Source: Chiloscyllium plagiosum
Taxonomy: Eukaryota
DNA: 63,653 nucleotides
Assembly: GCF_004010195.1 (NCBI RefSeq)
Contig: NC_057754.1
Location: forward strand, 2,667,498-2,731,150
Direction of reading: 5' to 3'
Both the position numbers and the translations under genes were made by a program. How positions within the stretch are numbered: the first letter of the stretch is position 1; each line of letters opens with the position of its first letter. The notes under the pieces were generated by a model. The model was not told the origin of the DNA. It did not search any database and saw only the letters and a program-made list of their open reading frames with translations. Below, piece by piece: positions 51,275-62,461 of the stretch.

Positions 51275-52127
51275 TTTCTTTAGAATACATTTGCATGTTA
51301 AGTTATTTGTGGCTTGGCTACTGGGGCTGAGTGGGGGAGTGGGTTGGTCAGACACCCTGGTGACCCTGGATAGACTAAGCTGCAGGTGTAAAGCAGCCAC
51401 GTCATAGACTTGGAAGTGAATGTCTGTGCACAGCCCAAGAGTTGACACCTGCATTAAAGGAGCAAAGGCACGGGCAAGGGGCATGACTCGCTCCCTCCCA
51501 AGCCCACTTTGAGGATCGTTCTCCTTCAGAGCAGAAAACATTAAGGGGAGATATACTTGGTCCAGAAGTTTTGAGTCAATGAGGAAAAACTATTTCCCCT
51601 GGCATAAAGGAGATGGCGGCAGAGCCAATCAGTCAGTAACCAAAGGATCGAAGCTTAGATGGCAACATGTGAGGAGACAGCATCACCGACAAAGAAGTAC
51701 TGCAGAGGACCTGTCAGAACTGCCTGTGGAATATTGTCACAAACAGCTGACTGACAGTAATGATGCCTCCCATGTGTATGCCATGACAGAGAGATAGTAG
51801 AGGATCATTACCAGACAGAAAAAAAAATGGGACTTGCCAAGCAAGACCAAATAGGTGTTGCCCGTTTAACGAAGGCCTGTAGACTCATCTGAAGATGGTC
51901 CGCAGAAGACCTCAGGGATCCTTTGGTTACTGACTGATTGGCTCTGCCGCCATCTCCTTTATGCCAGGGGAAATAGTTTTTCCTCATTGACTCAAAACTT
52001 CTGGACCAAGTATATCTCCCCTTAATGTTTTCTGCTCTGAAGGAGAACGATCCTCAAAGTGGGCTTGGGAGGGCGCCCCAGTAGCCAAGCCACAAATAAC
52101 TTAACATGCAAATGTATTCTAAAGAAA
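51275..52127. repeat. Nested perfect inverted duplication
   Basis: 51493-51649 is the reverse complement of 51917-52073 (157 bp); 51275-51327 is the reverse complement of 52075-52127 (53 bp). Confidence 0.9.
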
Positions 52128-52675
52128 CTGGTGCGCCCGGAGGAAACCCACGCAGACACGGGGAGAATGTGCAAACAGACAGTTGCCTGAGGCTGGAATT
52201 GAACCTGGGTCCCTGGTGCTGTGAGGCTGCAGTGCTAACCACTGAGCCACCGTGCCACCCTGTATCTCACGGAAAGGTTGCTGGTGGAAGACAGCTGACT
52301 GCCATGACACCTTTGGTGTTGACATTGTGTTAAATTCACAGCCAAATCTCTTCCAGTAATGCCACCTTGACTCAGTGGTTAGCATTGTTGCCTCACAGTA
52401 CCAGGGACCCGGGTTCAATTGCACCCTTGGGCGACTCTCTGTGTGGAGTTTGTACATTCTCCCTGCATCTGCGTGGATTTTCTCCAAATGCTTGAGCTTC
52501 CTCCCACAGTCTAAAGATGTGCAGGTTAGGAGGATTGGCCGTATTGTCATGGATGTATAGGTTAGGTGGATTAGCCATGGGAAATGCAGGGTTATACAGG
52601 GATGGGGTGGGTCTGCGTGGGAGCTCTTCAGAGGATCGGTGTGGACGTGATGGGCCGAACGGTTTGCTTTCGCAC
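52128..52675. mobile_element. Two HE1 SINEs head-to-head (52128-52260 partial -, 52362-52675 +)
   Basis: Head and V-core motifs. Confidence 0.75.
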
Positions 52676-53356
52676 TGATTTATGTAACTTTTCTATTCTT
52701 TCCAATATGACGTCGGTCTCTTTTACTCTGTGCACCTCCTTGGAAATGCCCATCAGCCATGATCAAATGGCGGTGCGGACTTGATGGGCCGATAGGTCTT
52801 ACGTCCACTCATATGTCTTATGGTCTTTACTTATCATTTCCCTGAGTTCCAAAGAAGAGTAATTGGGCTCGAAATATTAACTTTATTTCTCTCTGCACAG
52901 TTCCTGCCAGACCTGCTGATTTTCTCCAGCACTTTCTGTTTGAATTTCAGATCTCCAATGTCCTCAGTGCTTTGCTTTAAATGACACCTTTATTGCCCTC
53001 TTCTATGTTTCACTGGCAAGCAGAGGACAGAGATTTACAGTAACCGTTAGGAGGATGATAAGGAGATTTCATTTATGTGTTGATTATGAGGTTAGATGCT
53101 CTGGGATTGTTCTCCTTCAGAGCAGAAAACATTCAGGGGAGATATAGTTGATCCAGAATCATAATAGTTTTGAGTCAATGAGGAAAAACTATTTCCTCTG
53201 GCATAAAGGAGACATATTTAGGATAATTGGCAAAGAATCGAAAGAGAGAGAAGGTTTTTTTTTTGTGCAGCAAGTTGTGTGATCTGGAATGCGCTGCCTG
53301 AAAGCAGATTCAAAATGAACCTTCAATAGGAAAGTTAAAAAGGGAAAACTTACCGT

Positions 53357-53558
53357 GTGGAACAAAGTTAAAAATCACACAACACCAGGTTATAGTCCAA
53401 CAGGTTTAATTGGAAGCACTAGCTTTCGGAGTGACGCTCCTTCATCAGATGGTAGTCGCTCCGAAAGCTAGTGCTTCCAATTAAACCTGTTGGACTATAA
53501 CCTGGTGTTGAGTTATTTTTAACTTTGTACACCCCAGTTCAACATCGGCATCTCCGAA
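53357..53558. mobile_element. PLE-derived fold-back (family 2)
   Basis: Inverted arms with hammerhead core on - (~53416-53448); tail on the right. Confidence 0.8.
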
Positions 53559-53583
53559 CCATGTGGGAGAAGTGAGAGTAATT

Positions 53584-54097
53584 GGGTGGCACGGTGGCTC
53601 AGTGGTTGGCACTGCTGCCTCACAGCACCAGGGTCCCAGTTTCGATTCCAGCCTCAGGTGACCGTCTGTGTGGAGTTTGCACATTCTCCCCGTGTCTGCG
53701 TGGGTTTCCTTCGGGTGCTCCGGTTTCCTCCCACAGTCCCAAAGGTGTGCATACAATTGGCCATGGTAAATTGCCCGTAGTGTTGCATGCATTAGTCAGA
53801 GGGAACTGGGATGGAAATGTGTTGCTGGAAAAGCGCAGCAGGTCAGGCAGCATCTAGGGAACAGGAGAATCGACGTTTCGGGCATTAGCCCTTCTTCAGG
53901 CTAATGCCCGAAACGTCGATTCTCCTGTTCCCTAGATGCTGCCTGACCTGCTGCGCTTTTCCAGCAACACATTTCCATCTCTGATCTCCAGCATCTGCAG
54001 ACCTCACTTTCTCCTCAGAGGGAACTGGGTCTGGGTGGGTTACTCTTCGGAGGGTCAGTGTGGACTGGCTGGGCTGAAAGGCCTGTTTCCACACTGT
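53584..54097 (+). mobile_element. HE1 SINE with nested PLE family-1 fold-back (~53811-54014)
   Basis: TSD tcagagggaactggg on both sides of the insert (~53796 and ~54015); hammerhead core on - at 53870-53900. Confidence 0.85.
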
Positions 54098-55179
54098 CTA
54101 AGTCGATTGCATTGCTCTTTCAAAGTGCCAGCACAGGCATGATGGGTTGAATAGGCTCCCACTGAATACTTCACCCCAGTTTGGCAACGTATTTTGTAGT
54201 GTGCTTTTGTTTTGCAGAGGTTGCTTCTAATGCTTTTTCTTCCATCACTGGTGAGTTCACGTCTGTTGAAAGGCAGAAATAGTAGGTTTTGTGCAATTTG
54301 GAAATTGTCATCAAAGTGACCACCATCAAGCAAATTGTCCCCTTTGCTAAAACAATGGGCTGAATTTTCCCAGCCACTGAACAACTTGAAACACTGGGGA
54401 GAATGTTGGGAGGACTGCATTGAGCTGAGGAGTGAGAGTGAGCTGCCTGCCACCAAGGCCAGACAGTCCAACCAAGGTTGAATTGGCAAAGCGGGATTCT
54501 CGCCAGTGAGCAACAAGAGGTTCATTTGTATGCATTAGCGTAAAGTAGCACCAATACCTCATCTCACCCTCTTTGATATGAATTTCCCTATTCTCCCACC
54601 CACTGGCTAGAGATTAGACAGAGACAATCCCCAGTGTGAAAATCATAACCATCTGGGGAATCTGGCTTGCGGCTTGTTCTGCCAGACCTTCACCACTCAA
54701 TGACATGTCAGACCACATTCCAGAGGCACCTCACCCTGTCCCGACGCCCATTGGCAAAGTGGGGTACCAATTACTCTCTGTGCAACATGTTCTAGGCAAA
54801 TAATATGAACCATGCAGAGCAGCTGTGGTCTGCTGGTGCTTGTCAGGTGCAAAGCTGGGTTTCAAAGATGGTACCAGCAGAAATTGCCAGTACTTCAGCC
54901 TGAAGGTCTACTTACACCTCAAGGACTACAGGGATTCCACAAGGTAACTCACTGTGACCTTCTCAAATGGCTATTCGGAGTAGGCAAAAAGTGCTCAGCT
55001 TAATCAGGGACAATCAGAAACTGTGAACGAATTTTAAGAAAACCTTACCCACCACTTCTGATTTTCCTCACCTGCTGTCCTGTTGTTTTCAAAGTTGGTG
55101 ATATCCTGCACCACAAATCCACACCCTGCAAAACTCTGAAACCTCCCTTGAGTTCCTCACAAGAATGAGACCGGTCATC

Positions 55180-55440
55180 AGTGTGTGGAGTTTGCACATT
55201 CTCCCCGTGTCTGCATGAGTGTCTTCTGAGTGCTTTGGTTGCCCCACCCAGTCCAAAGATGTGCAGGTTAGGGTGGATTGACCATGCTAAATTACCCATA
55301 ATGTCCAGGGGTGAGCAGACTAGGTGGATTAGCCATGGAAATGCAGGAAGTGGGTTTGGATGGAATGCTCTGCAGAGGGTTGGTGTGGATTCGATGGGCT
55401 GAATGGACTGCTTCTACTCTGTAGTGATTCTATGATTCTT
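55180..55440 (+). mobile_element. HE1 SINE, headless
   Basis: V-core and tail. Confidence 0.75.
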
Positions 55441-56212
55441 TTGTGGCTTTTGCGGCTAGAGCATTCAAAACTTTTATTCCTTTTTATCCTATTGGATGTT
55501 TCAGCGTTCGGTTTCCTCTCTTTTCATCAGCTTGAGCTCAAATATGCAAGAAAATAAAAAAAGCTAAACCCCCCCGCCCCCCCCCCCCCCACAGTGACAG
55601 GTTTGGCAGGAGCCAAGCCTTTAAAAATTAGTATGGGCTGCACAGCTCAGAATCACACAGTAACATTCAGTAACACAAAGTGGTTGACCCACAGACCATG
55701 CATTGAGTATCATGTTCAACTCTGACCACAAAGACACAAGAAGGGGCAGTTTAATCCCAATGGCAGAACATATAAATAGTGTCAAGCAGACTGCAGGGAC
55801 AAGTTCGGACACATTTTGCTGTTAGCTGTGGATCTCTGGACTTTGAGGCTGAGGCCATTGTTCCACTCCAGAGCCTTGAGCACAAAACCTGAGCTGACAC
55901 TTACAGCAACAGTGCTGAGGAGTCATCGTTTGGATACGATGATAAATCAAGACCCCTTCTGCCATCTTAGGTGAGTATTAAATATTAAGATGTGGAGGTG
56001 CCGGTGTTGGGCTGGGGTGGACAAAGTTAAAAATCACACAACACCAGGTTATATTAAGGCCGCTATTGGAAGAAGGATGAGGGAGTATCAACTAAAATTT
56101 ATCATGCATAATGTTTATTGTTTATTCAGTTTATTTTGTTGTTCTTTGTGGGATCTTACAGTGCTGCTCCTATTTAACTATTACTGCACTTGATAAGTAC
56201 TTAATTGACTAG

Positions 56213-57058
56213 GTTAAAAATCACACAACACCAGGTTATAGTCCAACAGGTTTAATTGGAAGCACACTAGCTTTCGGAGCGACGCTCCTTCATCAGGTAA
56301 TTGTTGAGGGCTCGATCGTAACACAGAATTTATAGCAAAAATTTACAGTCTGATGTAACTGAAATTATATATTGAAACATTGATTGCCTGTTAAGCCTTT
56401 CATCTGTTAGAATACAGTGATAGTTTCATTTCTTTGGGTCTTTGTCTGTGTGTGTGTGTGTGCGTGTGTGTGCGCGTCTGTCTGGGGTGGGGGTTGTGAG
56501 TGTGAAAAAGTGTGTGCATGGGTGTGTGTTTGTGGGTGTGTAGTGAGTGCAGAGTGTCTTAAGTCTGTGAGGGGGTGCATGTGTGCATGTGGGAATGTGT
56601 GTGTCTATAAGGGTGTGTGTGGGTGTCTGTGTGTACCTGTGTCCGTGTGTATGTGAGAGTGTGTGTGTGTAGGAATATCCGTGTGTGTGTGTAGTGTGTG
56701 TAGACAGAGAACACAGGGGGCTAACACCTCCAACATATTGTCCAGCTATCACCATTGTTAACAGCTAACCCGAGAATGCAACTTTTATAAAAAGTTTTGT
56801 GATTTAGACATGAAAGAAGTGAAACTATCACTGTATTCTAACAGATGAAAGGCTTAACAGACAATCAATGTTTCTATGTATAATTTCAGTTACATCGCAC
56901 TGTAAGTTTTTGCTATAAATTCTGCCCTCCACAATCACCTGATGAAGGAGCGTCGCTCCGAAAGCTAGTGCTTCCAATTAAACCTGTTGGACTATAACCT
57001 GGTGTTGTTTGATTTTTAACTTTGTACACCCCAGTCCAACACCGGCATCTCCAAATCA
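56213..57058. mobile_element. Non-autonomous PLE family-2 element: ~220-bp inverted arms, (GT)n-rich interior, 11-bp TSD
   Basis: Arms 56213-56430 / ~56812-57020, tail to 57058; TSD taattgactag 56202-56212 / 57059-57069. Confidence 0.85.
56936..56970 (+). ncRNA. Minimal hammerhead ribozyme motif (family 2); mirror copy on - at 56265-56298
   Basis: CAC-CUGAUGA-A-GGAGC GUC GCUCC-GAAA-GC-UA-GUG: stem I CAC/GUG, 5-bp stem II, palindromic AGCU. Confidence 0.75.
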
Positions 57059-57899
57059 TAATTGACTAGAGCACTTTGCGACAGCCTAAGGTGCTATATT
57101 GGACCCAAAGTGAAGACCCCTGGTGTCATCGAGGCGTCAGAGAAGCCAAGGATTCTTGGTTACGGTCACGATGAGCCCAGAGCTGGGGGCTCCTGGTTAC
57201 CAGCGAGGAGGTGGTGGCAATGGAGCCGGGGGCTCCTGGTTGTGGGGTGAGTGTGGGTTCAACACAGGGCCTGGCATCAGCGGTGGTGAGGTGGGCCCAG
57301 CAGTGCAGAGAGGGTGCTTAAAGAGTGGTGGGGCCCGGTGCAGGTATTGTTGCTGAGCTGAACCAGCTTAGGGCTCATGGCGGAGGTGCCGAAACAAAGG
57401 TAGACTCTTTCATTTCAATCTTTTTATTCTTGAACTAATGAAAGTGATGGCAGATTTTGGCTACAGTGAAGCTTTTCACTGTATCTCACTGTATTATTCA
57501 CCGTAAAAAAAAAACAACTGACAATAAATCATTCACTCCAGTTCAATTCTATAGAAATCGAAATCCCCTTTGTTTTATGCAGGGTGGATGTGAAATGTCT
57601 GAGGACCCCAATCCATCATGCCCCTTTCTTTATTCCCCACTGTTGTTTGTGTTAGTTTGCAAGTGTGTTTCACGCTGAGGGCATGACTATTCCTGAATGT
57701 GGAGCAATGGAGTTCTTTTTTGACAGACTGGTCTGTCTGCTTTCCCCTTTCCATGCTGAGTGATTTCACTTGCGGTTTTGTTATTCTGGGAAGTCATAAC
57801 TTTGTCACAGCCGGTCAGAGTGGGTGGAAGTGCAGCACAATGCAACATGCAGTATTGAGCAAGGTGTGGCAAATACAGTAATGATGCATTGCCTGGACT

Positions 57900-58245
57900 T
57901 AGAGTCATAGATAGAGTCAGAGAGATCTACAACATGGAAACAGACCCTTCGGTCCAACCCGTCCATGCCGACCAGATATCCCAACCCAATCTAGTCCCAC
58001 CTGCCAGCACCCGGCCCATATCCCTCCAAACCCTTCCTATTCATATACCCATCCGAATGCCTCTTAAATGTTGCAATCCTCTATAAGGTCACCCCTCAGC
58101 CTCCGACGCTCCAGGGAAAACAGCCCCAGCCTGTTCAGCCTCTCCCTGTAGCTCAAACCCTCCAACCCTGGCAACATCCTTGTAAATCATTTCTGAACCC
58201 TTTCAAGTTTCACAACATCTTTCCGATAGGAAGGAGACCAGAATT
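57900..58245 (-). mobile_element. CR1 3' fragment with internal deletion
   Basis: Near-identical to parts of 26901-27430. Confidence 0.85.
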
Positions 58246-58317
58246 CTCTGGAAGTTGTTTCATTTACCCATTGATTGTTACTGCTGCCTTGGCCATAGCC
58301 TTCACTAGAACCCTAAG

Positions 58318-58652
58318 AGTCATAGAAACCTTACAGTGTGGACGCATGCCATTCAATCCTTAAAGTCCTCGCTGCCCATCCAAAGAGTATCCCATTCAGA
58401 CCCGTCACCTTTTCCTATCCCTGAAACCCACGCCTAATCCACCTAGTCTGCACATCCCTGGACACTATGGGCAATTTAGCACGGCCAATTCACCTGACCT
58501 GCACATCTTTAGACAGGTGGGAGAAAACCAGATTACCCAGAGGAAAACCATGCAGACACTGGGAGATTGTGCAAACTCCACACAGACACTCACCCAAAGG
58601 TGGAATCAAACCTGGCGCTCTGAGGCAGCAGTGCTAACCACTGAGCCACCGT
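58318..58652 (-). mobile_element. HE1 SINE, older copy
   Basis: Head, core and tail. Confidence 0.8.
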
Positions 58653-59026
58653 TAATCCATGGGATGTGATCACTGCTGCCAGACCCCAGCACTTACTGCC
58701 GCATCTCTAATTGTGGCTTGCGAGGCTGGTGGTGGGTCTCTCTCTCTGTCTCTCTCTCGGGCTGTGCTATTGGGAAGGGAATTGCAGCTTCTGACCTAGT
58801 GACAGTGAAGGAAAGGCCAAAATAGTTCAAAGTCAGGATAGTGTGTGTGTAATTTGAAGGGAAACTTGTAGGTGTTGTTGCAGTAGACAGTGGGAGAGAA
58901 TCCATTAGAAGATTTCTCACCAAGAATGTTGAGCAAAGTGAGCTTGCTCACTTGTTGCATTTCAAAGGTGAGGTTCAGCATGGCAGACAGTCCACTGGGG
59001 TGGGTAAGGAAATACTGAGGTGCAGC

Positions 59027-59335
59027 TTAGATTAGATTCCCTACAGTGTGGAAACAGGCCCTTCAGCCCAACAAGTCCACACCGACCCTCTGAAGAGCAA
59101 CCCACCCAGACCCATTTCCCTCTGACTAACGCACCTAGCCCTATGGGCAATTTAGCGTGGACGATTCACCTGACCTGCACATCTTTGGACTGTGGGAGGA
59201 AACCCAGAGAAAACCCACGCAGACACGGGGAGAACGTGCAAACACCACACAGGCAGTCAGTCAGCCGAGGCTGGAATCAAACCTGGGACCCTGGTGCTGT
59301 GAGGCAGCAGTGCTAACCACTGAGCCACCATGCTG
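59027..59335 (-). mobile_element. HE1-type V-SINE
   Basis: Full-length. Confidence 0.85.
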
Positions 59336-59361
59336 CTGAGATGTAAACACACATGTAATAA

Positions 59362-60517
59362 TTGTTCAAAGTTTGTGCGAAGATTTGTAGCTCGGGTGCT
59401 CGTTGTTGTGGTTCTGTTCGCCGAGCTGGAAGTTTTTGTTGCAAACGTTTCGTCCCCTGGCTAGGCGACATCATCAGTGCTTGGGAGCCTCCTGCGAAGC
59501 GCTTCTTTGATGTTTCCTCCGGTGTTTATAGTGGTCTGTCCCTGCCGCTTCCGGTTGTCAGTTTCAGCTGTCCACTGTAGTGGTTGGTATATTGGGTCCA
59601 GGTCCATTCACCCACAAACTCCATCNNNNNNNNNNNNNNNNNNNNNNNNNNNNNNNNNNNNNNNNNNNNNNNNNNNNNNNNNNNNNNNNNNNNNNNNNNN
59701 NNNNNNNNNNNNNNNNNNNNNNNNNNNNNNNNNNNNNNNNNNNNNNNNNNNNNNNNNNNNNNNNNNNNNNNNNNNNNNNNNNNNNNNNNNNNNNNNNNNN
59801 NNNNNNNNNNNNGTTATGAGTCCTAGGGGTTGCAGTAGTCTGGCTGTCAGTTCTGAGATGCTCCTGATGGATGGTAGTTTGGCTAGTCCTTTTGGTTGTG
59901 GTATGTCCTCGTTCCATTGTCTTTCTCTTAGGCATCTGTTGATGAAGTTGCGCGGGTATCCGTTTTTGGTGAATACCTTGTATAGGTGTTCCTCTTCTTC
60001 TTTTTGCAGTCCTGGTGTACTGCAGTTTGTTGTGGCCCTTTTGAATAGTGTCCTGATGCAGCTTCGTTTGTGTATGTTGGGGTGGTTACTTTCATAGTTT
60101 AGGACTTGGTCTGTGTGTGTGGCTTTCCTGTATACCCATGTGGTGAATTCTCCGTTCAGTGTTCTCTGTACCATCACGTCTAGGAATGGGAGTTGGCTAT
60201 CCTTTTCTTCTTCTCTCGTGAATCGGATTCCTATCATAGGGCAAGCCAGACAGAGAACAGCCAGGGAATTCCTAGAGGCATGGCATTCATCCACAAACTC
60301 CATCAACAAACACATCGACCTGGACCCAATATACCAACCACTACAGCGGACAGCTGAAACTGACAACCGGAAGCGGCAGGGACAGACCACTATAAACACC
60401 GGAGGAAACATCAAAGAAGCGCTTCGCAGGAGGCTCCCAAGCACTGATGATGTCGCCTAGCCAGGGGACGAAACGTTTGCAACAAAAACTTCCAGCTCGG
60501 CGAACAGAACCACAACG
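59362..60517 (-). mobile_element. Penelope-like element (family 3), 5'-truncated, with inverted pseudo-LTR and 10-bp TSD
   Basis: RT C-terminus on - (IRFTREEEKDSQLPFLDV..VYRKATHTDQVLNYESNHP..KNGYPRNFI, 59813-60225); inverted endonuclease C-terminus/pLTR on + (AREFLEAWHSSTNSINKHIDL, 60228-60517) mirroring 59402-59604; TSD catgtaataa 59352-59361 / 60518-60527. Confidence 0.88.
60441..60481 (+). ncRNA. Minimal hammerhead ribozyme motif (family 3); mirror copy on - at 59441-59480
   Basis: GCA-CUGAUGA-U-GUCGCCU AGCC AGGGGAC-GAAA-CG-UU-UGC: stem I GCA/UGC, stem II with one G-G mismatch, palindromic ACGU. Confidence 0.72.
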
Positions 60518-61069
60518 CATGTAATAAATGTATCGTCCACACAACAGAAGTAGACAAGGGGTAGGAGGTTAGAGAGTCACCCAGTGAAAATGTTTTTCTT
60601 GTGGAAACTGACGAAACTGGATGAGAGCTGGGTCTAATGATGACTCCGGAGCAACACCAGCTATTTGAGCGTATATAGTATACTTAAAGCCTACCTTCAC
60701 AAATCAATACACACATTGTAAGTCCTACAGTTTTACCGAGTATAAGCTTGGTCTTATTGGCAACTTTGTAAATTGGACCTAAGCTCATTGTTCAATTAGG
60801 GCACATCAAAACTACTCTGCAGGATAGCTACCCTGATCAGATAATTGTTCACTGTGCATTGTGCAAATTCATGAATGAGTCTCAGGCCATCGCTCTCGGA
60901 CTGAAAAGTGCTCAATCTATCTCAAATTATGTCTCAAACATTTGAGCAGCAGGTGAGGCTAGCTGTTTCATGCTGTTATTGAGCAGCATAGAGTCATAGA
61001 GTGGTATTTTTCTAATGAATGCTACCATAAAACAAAAAAAAAATCTGCTCATCACACAAATGAGAAAGG

Positions 61070-61480
61070 TCATAGAGCTATACTGCATGGAAACAGACCC
61101 TTCGGTCCAACTCGTCCATGCTGACTGAATATTCTAAATTAATCTAGTCCTATTTGCCAACATTTGGCCCATATTCCTCTAAATCCTTTGTAATCCAGAT
61201 GCTTATTGAATGTTGCTATTGTACCAGCCTCCACCATTTTCTCTGGCAGCTCATTCCATACACGCACCATCCTCTGCGTGACAAAATTGCCCTTAGGTCC
61301 CTTTTAAATCTTTCCCCTCTCCTCTTAAACCTATGCCCCTCTAGTTTTGGACTCCCCTACACCGGGGAAAATGACCTTGGCTATTCATCCTATCCATGCC
61401 CCTCATGATTTTGTAAGGGCACCACTCAGCCTCTTAGGCTCCAGGGAAGAAAGCCCCAGCCTATTCAGCCTCTCCCTATG
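61070..61480 (-). mobile_element. CR1 3' fragment
   Basis: Similar to other CR1 3' ends in the window. Confidence 0.8.
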
Positions 61481-61525
61481 CCTGGAATGTAAGCTGTATA
61501 TCCCAACAAGTGGAAGATTATCAAA

Positions 61526-61592
61526 GATAAAAATCACACAACACTAGTTTTTAACTTTGTACACCCCAGTCTAACACCGGCAACTCCAAATC
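61526..61592. mobile_element. Minimal 67-bp PLE family-2 insertion with 12-bp TSD
   Basis: TSD aagattatcaaa 61514-61525 / 61593-61604. Confidence 0.75.
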
Positions 61593-61675
61593 AAGATTAT
61601 CAAACAGTGCTTTGGCTGTTTACAATAGTGAAACAGTCCATACCTGCAAAATGCAGAACATAGTTGTCTAACTTT

Positions 61676-61960
61676 TTAGATTAGATCCCCTACAGTGTGG
61701 GAACAGGCCCTTCAGCCCACGCCAACCCTTTAAAGAGTAACCCGCCCAGACCCATTTCCCTCTGACTAACGCACCTAACACTACGGGCAATTTAGTGTGG
61801 CCGATTCACCTGACTTGCACATCTTTGGACTGTGGGAGGAAACCCACGCAGGCATGGGGAGAATGTGCAAACTCCACACAGACGGTCGCCCAAGGCTGGA
61901 ATTGAACCTGGGACTCTGATGCTGTGCGGCAGCAGTGCTAACCACTGAGCCACCGTGCCA
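61676..61960 (-). mobile_element. HE1-type V-SINE
   Basis: Full-length. Confidence 0.85.
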
Positions 61961-62291
61961 TCCACATGTTAGATGTGATTCTGTGACCGGACAAAACTTG
62001 CCAAACAATCCTAAATGCGCCAGAAATTACATTTACAACCAATGCAAGATTATCTGTGTGTTCTTAGAAAACTGAAGGACATGTCCAGGAATTGCATTTT
62101 CCTTTGAATTAAACAACAGCTTGGTGGACAGTGCTCCCCCCAAACGCTTCTTCAAGGCAAAACCTCAACTTGTCAGAACCAATCAGCACCTTTCTCTTTT
62201 GCAGCATAAACTGTTGCTTATTTTGAAATTTGACATCTTGCAACTGTCCCGATGAATGCAGGTTGAGTAGATTTGACATCATGTTTCTTTG

Positions 62292-62461
62292 GAAGAGGCG
62301 GCAGTTGGAAATGGAGAGATCGAGAGCAGGTAGTAGACCAGCACGGGGTGTCCGATTGGATGGAACGTGTTGCCACCATGATGAAGAGTTTGTCTCGAAA
62401 CACCGACTCTCCTGCTCCTCGGATGCTGCCTGACTGGCTGCGGTTTTCCAGCACCACACTT
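62292..62461 (+). mobile_element. PLE-type end fused to an unrecognised segment, 20-bp TSD
   Basis: TSD tttgacatcatgtttctttg 62272-62291 / 62462-62481; degenerate hammerhead atgatgaagagtttgtctcgaaac. Confidence 0.7.
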
